From positions 16,802,001 to 16,866,000 of the forward strand of contig NC_086097.1 of the NCBI RefSeq assembly GCF_963921235.1: a stretch of 64,000 bases of DNA, given 5' to 3'. Within the stretch, counting starts at the first letter, position 1. Each line of letters begins with the position of its first letter. Below the pieces are notes generated by a model. That model worked only from the letters and a program-made list of their open reading frames with translations. It was not told where the DNA came from and did no database searches. Source of the stretch: Mobula hypostoma. Lineage: Eukaryota. Shown piece by piece: positions 36,452-48,744 of this stretch. A program made the position numbers and the translations under genes.

Positions 36452-36830
36452 ATCAAAGTTTCAATGTGCATTTATTACCAAAGTATGTATACCGTATACA
36501 ATCCCGAGATTTGTCTTCCCACAAACAGCCATAAATCAAAAAAACACAACCAAAACCATCAAACAGCCAAAATGTGAAAAAATAACAAATCATGCAAAAA
36601 CAAGAAGCGAGCAAATAGCACACGAAACATTAAACGCCAAACCGCAGACTCCCACAGACTCCCTGAAAGTGGCTGCAGGATCAGCTTTGCACTCAAGTGC
36701 CTTGATCAAATTGTGCAAGAAGTATAAAAGAGTAAACAACAGCAAGGTCTTCAAAAACGAGTCTACAGCTGTGCTTAGCACTGAGGACATTAGACATTAA
36801 ACCGCAGAGTCCCCCAAAAATGAGTCCACA
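36452..36830 (-). mobile_element. Non-coding element with Rex1-type tail (right boundary uncertain)
   Basis: Tail homologous to 40361-40458 and 50945. Confidence 0.55.
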
Positions 36831-37105
36831 GCCACAAGCTGCTGAGGTGATTGAACCTTGTAGCATGGGATCTAAGGCTCCTGTACCTTACACTGGCAGC
36901 AGTGAGAGGGAGATTGGTCAAAATTACATCTTCCTTTTCTTTCAGCTGTGGTTCTGCCACTGTTGGAGCCTGTGATCTACATTCGGTGGTGTATTTTTGG
37001 GCTGATTGAGCGATCTGGCACTCACTCTGAGAGGGTTCCATGAGCTTCGAGTGAAGTGTGTGTCTTCAGGCCAAGAAGCCTGGAAATAGGACACCATTTC
37101 TTGCT

Positions 37106-37480
37106 ACACACATCAAAGTTGCTGGTGAATGCAGCAGGCCAGGCAGCATCTCGAGGAAGACGTACAGTTGACGTGTCAGGACTAACTGAAGGAAGAGTTA
37201 GTAAGAGATTTGAAAGTGGGAGGGGGAGGGGAAGATCCAAAATGATAGAAGACAGGAGGGGGAGGGATGGAGCCAAGAGCTGGACAGGTGATTGGCAAAA
37301 GGGGTATGACAGGATCATGGGACAGGAGGCCCAGGGAGAAGGAAAAGGGGGAGGGGGGGAAAAACCCAGAGGATGGGCAAGGGGTATAGACAGAGGGACA
37401 GAGGGAGAAAAAGGAGAGAGAGAGAAAGAATGTGTGTATAAAAATAAATAGCGGATGGGGTACGAGGGGGAGGTGGGGCA
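37106..37480 (-). mobile_element. Solo PLE 3' UTR/pLTR with hammerhead core deletion
   Basis: Matches 26603-26990; 8-bp TSD ttcttgct at 37098-37105 and 37481-37488. Confidence 0.9.
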
Positions 37481-37984
37481 TTCTTGCTGATCTTGCTGAT
37501 TAAGGTGCTGAGGAAGACTGAAATCATCAAAGCGAGTGGGTGCTTAGCATTGTCTACCAGGCTGTCGCTGCTCCCGAAGGAAGGTGTCTGTGTGTGATGG
37601 TTTCTTTCTCCCTGTTGCTCGCTGCTCCTAAAGGGTGCCTGTGCTCAAATGGGCTCTCTCTCGCTCAATGCTTTTGGAGGATTGTGCTGAAGTCCTGGAT
37701 CTTGGGCAAGGTTTAATCAATGCGGTTTGTGAATTGGACTCTGTAGATCAGGTTATGATGAGTTTCCGGTTTCTGGTCGCTCCTTTTTTTTGCTATTTTG
37801 TCCGACTTTGATCGGGGTGGTCTGCAGATAACCAACGACACAGACCTGAATATACCTGGACTCTTTTGATTTTCTGCTTTATATTCTGTGTTGTTTGCTT
37901 GTTTTTTTTGTTGCCGTTTGTGCGACTTGTTTTTTTTCTTTTGCGTGCGAAGGAGTTTTTCTTTGAACGAGGTTTGATAGTTTT

Positions 37985-40359
37985 AGAAACATAGAAACAT
38001 AGAAAATAGGTGCAGGAGTAGGCCATTCGTCCCTTCAAGCCTGCACCGCTATTTATTATGATCATGGCTGAGCATCCAACTCAGAACCCCGCCCCAGCCT
38101 TCCCTCCATACTCCCTGATCCCCGTAGCCACAAGGGCCATATCTAACTCCCTCTTAAATATAGCCAATGAACTGGCCTCAACTGTTTCCTGTGGCAGAGA
38201 ATTCCACAGATTCACCACTCTCTGTGTGAAGAAGTTTTTCCTAATCTCGGTCCTAAAAGGCTTCCCCTCTATCCTCAAACTGTGGCCCCTCGTTCTGGAC
38301 TTCCCCAACATCGGGAACAATCTTCCTGCATCTAGCCTGTCCAATCCCTTTAGGATTTTATACGTTTCAATCAGATCCCCCCTCAATCTTCTAAATTCCA
38401 ACGAGTACAAACCCAGTTCATCCAGTCTTTCTTCATATGCAAGTCCTGCCATCCCAGGAATCAATCTGGTGAACCTTCTTTGTACTCCCTCTATGGCAAG
38501 GATGTCTTTCCTCAGATTAGGGGACCAAAACTGCACACAATACTCCAGGTGTGGTCTCACCAAGGCCTTGTACAACTGCAGTAGTACCTCCCTGCTCCTG
38601 TACTCGAATCCTCTCACTATAAATGCCAGGATACCATTCGCCTTTTTCACTGCCTGCTGTACCTGCATGCCCACTTTCAATGACTGGTGTATAATGACAC
38701 CCAGGTCTTGTTGCACCTCCCCTTTTCCTAATCGGCCACCATTCAGATAATAATCTGTTTTCCTATTTTTGCCACCAAAGTGGATAACTTCACATTTATC
38801 CACATTAAATTGCATCTGCCATGAATTTGCCCACTCACCCAACCTATCCAAGTCACCCTGCATCCTCTTAGCATCCTCCTCACAGCTAACACTGCCACCC
38901 AGCTTCGTGTCATCCGCAAACTTGGAGATGCTGCATTCAATTCCCTCATCCAAGTTATTAATATATATTGTAAACAACTGGGGTCCCAGCACTGAGCCTT
39001 GCGGTATCCCACTAGTCACCGCCTGCCATTCTGAAAAGGTCCCGTTTATTCCCACTCTTTGCTTCCTGTCTGCTAACCAATTCTCTATCCACATCAGTAC
39101 CTTACCCCCAATACCGTGTGCTTTAAGTTTGCACACTAATCTCCTGTGTGGGACCTTGTCAAAAGCCTTTTGAAAATCCAAATATACCACATCCACTGGT
39201 TCTCCCCTATCCACTCTACTAGTTACATCCTCAAAAAATTCTATGAGATTCGTCAGACATGATTTTCCTTTCACAAATCCATGCTGACTTTGTCTGATGA
39301 TTTCACCGCTTTCCAAATGTGCTGTTATCACATCCTTGATAACTGACTCCAGCAGTTTCCCCACCACCGACGTTAGGCTAACCGGTCTATAATTCCCCGG
39401 TTTCTCTCTCCCTCCTTTTTTAAAAAGTGGGGTTACATTAGCCACCCTCCAATCCTCAGGAACTAGTCCAGAATCTAACGAGTTTTGAAAAATTATCACT
39501 AATGCATCCACTATTTCTTGGGCTACTTCCTTAAGCACTCTAGGATGCAGACCATCTGGCCCTGGGGATTTATCTGCCTTCAATCCCTTCAATTTACCTA
39601 ACACCACTTCCCTACTAACATGTATTTCACTCAGTTCCTCCATCTCACTGGACCCTCTGTCCCCTACTATTTCTGGAAGATTATTTATGTCCTCAGTGAA
39701 GACAGAACCAAAGTAATTATTCAATTGGTCTGCCATGTCCTTGCTCCCCATAATCAATTCACCTGTTTCTGTCTGCAGGGGACCTACATTTGTCTTTACC
39801 AGTCTTTTCCTTTTTACATATCTATAAAAGCTTTTACAGTCAGTTTTTATGTTCCCTGCCAGTTTTCTCTCATAATCTTTTTTCCCCTTCCTAATTAAGC
39901 CCTTTGTCCTCCTCTGCTGAACTCTGAATTTCTCCCAGTCCTCAGGTGAGCCACTTTCTCTGGCTAATTTGTATGCTTCTTCTTTGGAATTGATACTATC
40001 CCTAATTTCTCTTGTCAGCCACGGGTGCACTAGCTTCCCTGATTTATTCTTTTGCCAAACTGGGATGAACAATTGTTGTAGTTCATCCATGCAACCTTTA
40101 AATGCTTGCCATTGCATATCCACCGTCAACCCTTTAAGTGTCATTTGCCAGTCTATCTTAGCTAATTCACGTCTCATACCTTCAAAGTTACCCCGCTTTA
40201 AGTTCAGAACCTTTGTTTCTGAATTAACTATATCACTCTCCATCTTAATGAAGAATTCCATCATATTATGGTCACTCTTACCCAAGAGGCCTCTCACGAC
40301 AAGATCGCTAATTAACCCTTCCTCATTGCTCAAAACCCAGTCCAGAATAGCCTGCTCTC
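37985..40359 (-). mobile_element. Young 5'-truncated CR1 LINE
   Basis: tagtttt duplicated at 37978-37984 and 40360-40366; same subfamily as the 9682 and 12149 copies. Confidence 0.97.
38081..40359 (-). CDS. CR1 ORF2 fragment (end of APE through RT to C-terminus), ~760 codons without a stop, lacking its native start
   Basis: ILDWVL..GKSDHN, KSPGPDGLHPRVLKE, YLDFQKAFDKV, QGSVLGP, FADDTK; the first ~22 aa of the track ORF come from flanking DNA. Confidence 0.85.
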
Positions 40360-40903
40360 TAGTTTTCTTTGTTTCATGACTGTCAGTGGGGAAGACAAAT
40401 TTCAGGGTTGCATACTGCATACACACTTTGAAAATAAACGTATTTTGAATCTTTGAAACTCAGGCAGGTGGTGCAAAAAACGCACTTGCTTTCCGCTCTC
40501 ATCCTTGTCAATTTTCATCCTGCTCGATGCTTTAATCAGCGCAGAGTAACGGAGCTGATCCTGGGTTTGCCCTCAGTCATTAGGGATCGATGACTACATC
40601 TGCACGCTTTGCTCTCAACCTTGCCGAATCCCCCAGGAGATCAAAAAGCACCAATCATTTAGTCAATGCAGAAACATATCCGCAAAATAGAAATTACACT
40701 CTGCAATCAATTGCAGTTCAGAAGAAGTATATTTAAAAGAAGAAGTGTATCTAATAGTTTGATAAGCTGTCTGCAGGATGTTGCATTGGTCATTGACATC
40801 ACCTTGCCTTCAAGAAAATGAATCTCAAGGTAGTATATGATGACGTATATGTACATTGATAATAAATTTACTTTGACTTTGACTATTTGACATTTCTAAG
40901 GCA

Positions 40904-41200
40904 CTACTACTACTTCGTCAACTCAGGCCGAGGGGGCCGGCGTCGGGCACGATGACGGACTCTCCACTTCTCCCTCTCCCTCATCAGTGTGTTCAGTTCA
41001 TCTACATAGCCGCACCGCTGTCTTCTAGGAGCGTGTTGTCCATAGTCTTGGGAGGGTGCCCAGGGTTCATCCTCCCATGCTTGGGCTCCCATATGATGAC
41101 TAGGCTGGCAGGTAGCTCGGGGTGGCGTAGACAGTGCCCCACTAGTTGCAGTCTTCTCGCCTCGATTTTAGTGGTGAGCATCGGTAGGTCATCATAGAGC
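40904..41200 (-). mobile_element. RTE-clade LINE 3' fragment
   Basis: KIEARRLQLVGHCLRHPELPAS..WEPKHG; (tag)n tail; 8-bp TSD ctaaggca at 40896-40903 and 41201-41208. Confidence 0.85.
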
Positions 41201-42106
41201 CTAAGGCAAATCTGCTCTAAATCCATTCAGAAATTTGTGTTAAACTGCCAACCACGTTTCTATATTTTTAAATTTATTCCCAGAATTAGCTATTTGAATT
41301 ACATTTGTTGGAAAACTGTTAAATGCTTGAACTTGTTTTTCTGATGGCTCAGTTTCATTTTTTGTGCAGAAAGTAATTAGGTCAATGAAATGCTTTTAAA
41401 GCATCTCATCTGTCCCAATTAAACTGCCTTAATAATCATACAGATAGAGCATATGGTAATAATTGCCAGCTGACTTAGAATGATGGACTGAGCTGTCTGG
41501 GCTTTGCATATATTTATGCAAGTACGTTACCATAATCGGTGCTGAAACATTAAGTGCAAACACCCCTCCAGGTCAGATGAATGCCAAGTCCTAATTGATA
41601 AACTATGAGAGCTGCATTCTACGGAGGAGCAGCAGAGAATTATTGCTTGGGTAAAGTTTGTTACAAGAGCTGCAACTGGACCAGAGTAAAATGGCTGTAG
41701 GAAACAAGCGATGAAAAATTGTACTTGGATGGAAAATCCTCCTTTTATTAATTGTGATCCAGCAAATCAACTTGAATGTTAATTCCCATGACCTCAGATG
41801 TGGTGGGTGGAGATTTGGAATTTTTCAGCCATATGAAACGTCTATTGGTCAAGGCATGGGATAACAGAGTTACATCAGATTGAGTGATGTAATGGAGGAA
41901 AGAGATTCAGAGTAATATCCAAGTACTTAGATCCTGGACAAGCAAAAGTATTGGTACCAATAGAATTAAAGTCAACGATGAGTTCAGTGCCAAAACTGAG
42001 AATAATATATATTACAGTAAAGAAGTCTTGAAGCATTAATTGCACGGAGTATACTTCTGTTTGTGGACACCACTTTCTCAGATATAGCTTTTGCTATGTA
42101 TAGTAT

Positions 42107-42444
42107 CCTCCAAGAGGACCAAAGCCTTGATGTAGGGTTTGGAGGCTTGCGTGCCTCAATGAGCCAGAGAGCTATGTTGGCTTGAGACGGGGTCTTGTGC
42201 TTTGGCTCTTGGTAGGGTCACCCATACCAAACAGGGCAAAGGGTAGAGACCAGATTAGGAGTGGTCCACTAGTCCTCCAGGTCTGGGGGTCAGCTCAGAG
42301 CTAACAACCCTGAATGGTCAAAAGAAATTGTTACGGACACATCAATGAAGCATTCTTCTTTATCTGTGTGCAACGGTATGGATAGACACAGATGGAGGAC
42401 CTTCCTTGCTGCCGTAAATGCCAGCGGTGTAATGGGCAATAAAG
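42107..42444 (+). mobile_element. 338-bp bipartite RTE-derived non-autonomous element
   Basis: RTE/Expander-like 5'UTR (gtgcctcaatga..gagctatgttg..ggtagggtcacccat) fused to an RTE-like 3' end; 11-bp TSD atgtatagtat at 42096-42106 and 42445-42455. Confidence 0.75.
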
Positions 42445-42567
42445 ATGTATAGTATGTACCGTATAAAACATCTTAACTCCATCACAATTTCCTATGTCCC
42501 CATCTAAGATGGAATCTTGTCAAACTTTACTAATGCTCTCTCAGCAGAGCTGCAACATCCACACGCA

Positions 42568-42910
42568 GCGAGGTTGGTGCACCAGATGTTGGAGATGGAG
42601 ATCTATTCTCCCAGTGCCACTCTGTGGATAATCAGCTGCCTCTCTGCACTTTTCTTTCCCGTTGCTTGACGCATGCAGAGTGTAACTATGGTGTCAGGAA
42701 TTGAGAACAACTAACTGTCAAGGAGGCCCTGGAAACATGGTGACACTGGCTAGAGAGGGCAGAGCACCCCTTTCTGGTGTGGACAGATCACAAGAACCTT
42801 CCATATATCTGTGACGCCAAGAGTCTCAACTCGCGTGAAGCCCATTGGGCTCTCTTCTTCATCCAGTTTAATTTCACCCTCACCTTCCATCCTGGCAGCA
42901 GAGATAGTAA
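42568..42910 (+). pseudogene. Ty3/Gypsy pol RNase H remnant
   Basis: [76 protein letters not shown]. Confidence 0.88.
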
Positions 42911-43299
42911 CCCTTGGGAGGGGGCCCTGCCATGGAGTTTGGGTGCTCTCACAGACAGGCAGCTGAATGGGGTCGTCTATTATGCTCGTGACTAAGCACG
43001 TTCCAGCCAATTAGTGTTTCATTGTGGTTGTATTTAATTCCCTTCTTTTCTTTTCAGTCTTATTGAATCTTCACTGAATCATAGTGACAGCAACACCCCC
43101 TGCTTCCTTAATGCACGTTCCAGGAAAGAAGATTGCAATTTAGATTAATGTTGCAAAGGAGCGGTATTAGTTTAGTATTAAGTTACTGCTTCCAAGCCAC
43201 AGTGACGATGTTAGATTTTAGTTTGAGAATTTGAGTTTGTGGCCCTGTTGACCTAGTGTTTATTTTTTTCCTTTGGTTCTGTGCAGTTCTTGTTAAACC

Positions 43300-43682
43300 C
43301 CAGTGAACTGCCCTTTCTACCACAGTGTCTCTTCCTTGTCACCTGGGCTATCACTAAACTCCTCTCCTTTATTTGTTCATCCTTCATTGGCCGACTCCAT
43401 CTCCCTCACTTGGTTCCACACTCCACCTATCAGGTTCCATCATCTGCAGCCCTTTATTGCTTCCACATCGATTTTTCCACTCATCCCTTCTCTATCTGCT
43501 TACCATGCCTACCTACGTGGATCTACCCCTCACTCACATTTTCTTGCTCCGCTCCTTCCTCTCTCCTCTGAGCACTTGGCTATCTCCTGCTCCACCCTTC
43601 AGTCCAAATCAAGGGTTTTGATAGAGACCTTGACTGTCCATTTCCCTTCACAGATGCTGCCTGACCCATTGACTTCCTCCAG
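43300..43682 (+). mobile_element. Ancient PLE 3' UTR remnant
   Basis: Pyrimidine-rich body ending in ttgactgtccatttcccttcacagatgctgcctgaccc. Confidence 0.6.
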
Positions 43683-46332
43683 ACTCTCCATCAATGGCTC
43701 TATAACTCAAGTTCTCAGTATTATTTATTTTATTTGCACATTTATCTTTGTTTGCACATGATCAATCTTTATCTATGTGTAGTTTTTCACAATTTCTATT
43801 CTGCAAGACGTGCATCCAGCTGCAGCATCTAATAAACTGCGGTAAGGAGTTGGAGCTGGAACTGGATGAGCTCTGGATCGTTTGGAAGGCTGAGGGGGTG
43901 ACAGATAGGACATATACAGAGGTGGTTACACCCAAAGTGCAGGACACAGGAAACTGGGTGACAGTTAGGAAGGGGAAAGGGGTTAAGGAGCCAGTCCAGA
44001 GTACCCCGTGACTATCCCCTCAACAACAGGTATATCACTTTGAATACTTCTGGGGAGGATGACCTAACAGTGGAAAGTCACAGTGGTCAGATCTCTGGCA
44101 TTGAATCTGCCTCTGTGACTTAGAAAGGAAGGAGGAGAAGAGGAATGCTGTGTTAACAGGGGATTCGTTAGTTAGGGGAATGAACAGGAGGTTCTGTGAG
44201 CGAGAATGAGATACCCGGATGGCATGTTGCCTCCCAGGTGCTAGGGTCCGGGATATCTCAGATCGAGTCCTCAGCATTCTTAAGAGGGAGGGTGAACAGC
44301 CAGAAGTTGTGGTCCATGGTCAATGACATGGGTAGGACAAGTGACGAGGTTCCGCATAGGGAGTTCAGGGAGTTAGGTGCTAAGTTAAAGGGCTGGAACT
44401 CCAAAGTTATGATCTTAGGATTGTTACCTGTGCCACATGCTAGTGAAACCAGAACTGGGAAGATTATACCTTTTAATATTTGGCTAAGGAATTGGTGTAG
44501 GAGGGAGGGCATAAGATTTTTGGATTATTGGGCTCTCTTCCAAGGAAGGTGGGAACTGTATAGAAGAAGTGGTTTGCATCTGAACTGGAGGGGGACTAAT
44601 ATCATAGTGGGAAGGTTTCTGAATGCTGCACGGTGGGGTTTAAACTAGAGTTGCTGGAGAATGGGAACCAGAGGGCCAGAACAGTTCATGGAGAGTTTGT
44701 GGAGGCAGACGTTGGTAAGACCTCAGACAAAGTTAGGAATCAAAAGGTTGAGCATGGTGTGACTAGTTTCCTGAGCTGCCTATATTGCAACGTAGGAAGT
44801 ATTGTTGGAAAGGTGGATAATAGTGTTGAAGATGAGGTAGCTGGTTTACAAATAGAGGCAATGTGTAGTGAGGAGAGGCGGTTGATAGGGCAAAATTGCA
44901 GTCAACAGGATGAGCTGCAATGTAAAATGTGGACAAAATTGCAAAGAGTGAACACAGGACTGAAGGTACAGTGTTTGAATGTGCCAGTATACAGAATAAG
45001 AAAGATGAACTTGCAGCACAATTGCAGACTGGGAGGTGTGATGTTGTAGAGATTATTGAATCTTGGCTGAAAGAAGATTATAGCTTAACATCCAAGGATA
45101 CGCATTCTATCAAAAGGACAGGCTGGATGGCAGAGGGACTGGTGTTCTCTGTTGGTAAAAAATGAAATCAAATCATTAGAAAGAGGTGACATAGGGTTGG
45201 AAGATATTGAATCATTTTCGATAGATCTAAAGAACTGCAAGGGTAAAAAGACCCTGACCTCCAAACAATAGTAAGGGTGTGGCCTACAAATGACAATGGA
45301 AGATAGAAAATGCATGCCAAAAGGGCAATGTTACTATAGTCATGGGGGACTTCAATATGCAGCTAGAATGGGAAAAATCAGGTTGGTGATAGATTCCAGC
45401 AGGGGGAATTTCTAGAGTGGCTTTTTAGAGAAGCTCGAGGCTGAGCCCACTAGGGGATTAGCTATTCAGGATTTGGTGCTGTGCAATGGACCGGAATTGA
45501 TTATAGAGCTTAAGGCAAAGGAACCCTTAGGAGACAGTGATCATAATGCGATAGAATTCACCCAGAAATTTGAGAAGGAGAAGCTAAAGTCCAATGTATC
45601 AGTATTATAGCTGGAGTAAAGGGAATTACAGAAGCATGAGAGAGGATTTGACCGGAGTTGATTGGAAAAGAACACTGGCAGGGATGTCGACAGAGTAGCA
45701 AAGGCTGGAATTTTGGAAGCTATTTGAAAAGAACAGGAGAAATACATCCCAAAAAGGAAGAAGTATTCTAAAGGAAAGATTACATAACTGTGGATATCAA
45801 GAGCAGTCAAAGCTAACAAAAAAGCCAATAAAACGGCATATAATAGAGCAAAAATTAGAGGAAAGTTAGAGGATTGGGAAGCTTTAAAAACCAACAGAAG
45901 GCAACTGAAAAAAGTAATTAAGAAGGTAATGATGGAATATGGAAGTAAGCTAGACAATAATATTAAAGAGGATATCAAGAGTTTCTTCAGATACATAAAA
46001 TGTAAAAGAGAGGCGAGAGGGGATATCAGACTGCTGGAAAATGATGCTGGAGAGGTAGTAATGCAGGATAATGTAATGGCAGATGTACTGAATAAGTATT
46101 TTGCGTCATTCTTCACTGTGGAAGGCACTAGCAGTATGGTGGAAGTTCCAGGTGTCAGGGGTCACGAAGTGTGTGAAGTTACCATAGCTAGGGAGAAGGT
46201 TCTTGGGAAACATAAAGGTCTGAAAGTAGGTAAGTCATCTGGAACAGATGGTGTACACTCCAAAGTTCTGAAAGAGGTGGCTGAAGAGATTGTGGAGACA
46301 TTAGTGATGATCTTTCAAGAATCACTAGATTC

Positions 46333-47466
46333 TAGAAACATAGAAATGAAGAAAACCTACACAATACAGGCCCTTCGGCCCACAAAGCTGTGCGGAACAT
46401 GTCCTTACCTGAGAAATTACTTAGGGTTACCCATAGCCCTCTGTTTTTCTGAGCTCTATGTACCTGTCCAGGAGTCTCTTAAAAGACCCTATCATATCTA
46501 CCTCCACCACCATCGCCGGTAGCCCATTCCACGCATTCACCACTCTCTGTGTAAAAAAACTTACCTCTGATATCTCCTCTGTACCTACTTCCAAGCACCT
46601 TAAAACTGTGCCCTCTCGTGCTAGCCAATTCAGCCCTGGGAAAAAGCCTCTGACTATCTACATGATCAATGCCTCTCATTATCTTGTACACCTCTATCAG
46701 GTCACCTCTCATCCTCCATCGCTCCATGGAGAAAAAGCTGAGTTCACTCAACCTACTCTCATAAGGCATGCTCCCCATACCCAGGCAACATCCCTGTAAA
46801 TCTCCTCTGCACCTTTTCTATGGTTTCCACATCCTTCCTGTAGTGAGGCGAACAGAACTGAGCACAGTACTCCAAGTGGGGTCTGACCAGGGTCCTATAT
46901 AACTGCAACCTTACCTCTCGGCTCCTAAACTCAATCCCACGATTGATGAAAACCAATGCACCGTATGCCTTCTTAACCACAGAATCAATCTGCGCAGCAG
47001 CCTTGACTGTCCTATGGACTCGGACCCCAAGATCCCTCTGATCCTCCACACTGCCAAGAGTCTTACCGTTAATACTATATTCTGTCATCATATTTGACCT
47101 ACCAAAATGAACCACCTCACACTTATCTGGTTTGAACTTTATCTGCCACTTCTCAGCCTATTTTTGCATCCTGTCAATGTCCCGCTGTAACCTCTGACAG
47201 CCCTCCACACTATCCACAACACCTCCATTCTTTGTGTCATCAGCAAATTTACTAATTAATCGCTCCACTTCTTCATCCAGGTTACTTATAAAAATCATGA
47301 AGAATAGGGGTCCCAAAACAGATCCCTGAGGCACACCACTGATGACCGGCCTCCATGCAGGATATGACTCGTCTACAACCACTCTTTGCCTTCTGTGGAC
47401 AACCCAGTTCTGGATCCACAAAGCAACTTCCCCTTGGATCCCATGCCTCCTTACTTTCTCAATAAG
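46333..47466 (-). mobile_element. CR1 3' fragment nested antisense; same subfamily as 17254-19047
   Basis: ORF pieces 47158-47421, 46759-47115 and 46479-46778. Confidence 0.93.
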
Positions 47467-47611
47467 AAGGGAGAAATGCAGAAGAAAGGAAACTATAGGC
47501 CAGTTAGTCTAACCTCAGTGGTTGGGAAGATGTTGGAGTTGATTAGGGTGATGTCTTAGGGTACTTGGAGGCACATGTTGAAATAAGGGGTAGTCAGCAT
47601 GGTTTCCTCAA

Positions 47612-48336
47612 AAAATATTGAACAATTTCAAGTTCCTTGGTGTCAACATCTCTGAGGACCTAATCTACTCGCAACATATCGACGCAGCTATAAAGAAGTC
47701 AAGACAGCTGCTATATTGCATTAGGATTTTGAAGAGATTTGGTTTGTCACATAAAACACTCAAAAACGTCTATAGATGTACCATGGACAGCATTCTGACA
47801 GGCTGCATCACTGTCTGGTTTTGGGGGGTGGGTGGGTGGAGGGGCTACTTCAAAGGAGTAAAAGAAGATACAGTTAAAGATAAACTTAAAGAAGATAAAA
47901 TTAGTCAGCTCTATTTTTGGTATTAGCTTCTGTAGTAACCAAGCCATCTTCAAGGAGCAGTGCCTCAGAAAGCCGATGTCCATTATTAAGGACCGCCATC
48001 ACCCAGGCCATGCTCTTTTCTCATGGTTAACATCAGGATGGAGATACAGAAGCTTGAAGGCACAAATTCTTCAGGAACAACTTCTTCCCCTCTTCTGTAT
48101 AATACCTAAATGGACATTGAACCCATGAACACAACTTCACTTTTCAAATATATTTTCTGTTTATGCACTATTTTTAATCTATTTAATATGTATATACAAA
48201 CGTATATATACCTACTGTAATTGATCTACTTTTTAAAAATATATTATCATGTATTGCATTGAACTGCTGCTGCTAAGTTAACAAATTTCATGACATATAC
48301 CGATGATAATAAACTTGATTCTGATTCTGATTCTGA
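47612..48336 (+). mobile_element. Rex1/Babar 3' fragment
   Basis: FKFLGVNISEDL..SILTGCITVW; (gattct)n tail; ctcaa duplicated at 47607-47611 and 48337-48341. Confidence 0.88.
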
Positions 48337-48744
48337 CTCAAGGAAAAACCTTGCCTGTCAAATCTGCTGGAATTCTTTGAAGAAGTAACAAACAGGATAG
48401 ACCGAGGAGGATTGGTTGATGATGTCCACTTGGATTTTCAGAAGGCCTTTGACAAGATGCCTCACATGAGGCTGCTTAACAAGATACAAGCCCAGGGCAT
48501 TAAAGGAAAAATTCTAGCATGGATAAAGCAGTGGCTGATTGGCAAGAGGCAAAGAATGGGAATAAAGAAAGCCTTTCCTGGTTGGCTCCCAGTGACAAGT
48601 AATGTTCCACAGGGATCTGTCTTGGGACCGATTCTTTTTATGTTGTATGTCAATGATTTGGATGATGGAATTAATGGGTTTGTTGCAAAGTTTGCAGATG
48701 ATATAAAGATAGTCGGAGGGGCAGTTAGTTCTGAGGAAGTAGAA

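Larger units (their letters stand above)
37490..40458 (+). mobile_element. Non-coding Rex1-tailed element split by CR1 (pieces ~37490-37984 and 40360-40458)
   Basis: Body and tail resemble 23060-23285. Confidence 0.6.

Noticed and set aside
9661..39173. Recurrent ORFs such as MPPKWITSHL, MNLLCTPS, MGYRKAQC, MIMADHPTQ
   Set aside because: Antisense or alternative-frame shadows of CR1 ORF2 copies
45929..46522. 197-aa ORF (likewise the N-termini of 8718-9542, 9596-10708 and 58740-59360)
   Set aside because: Chimeric read-through across TE insertion junctions
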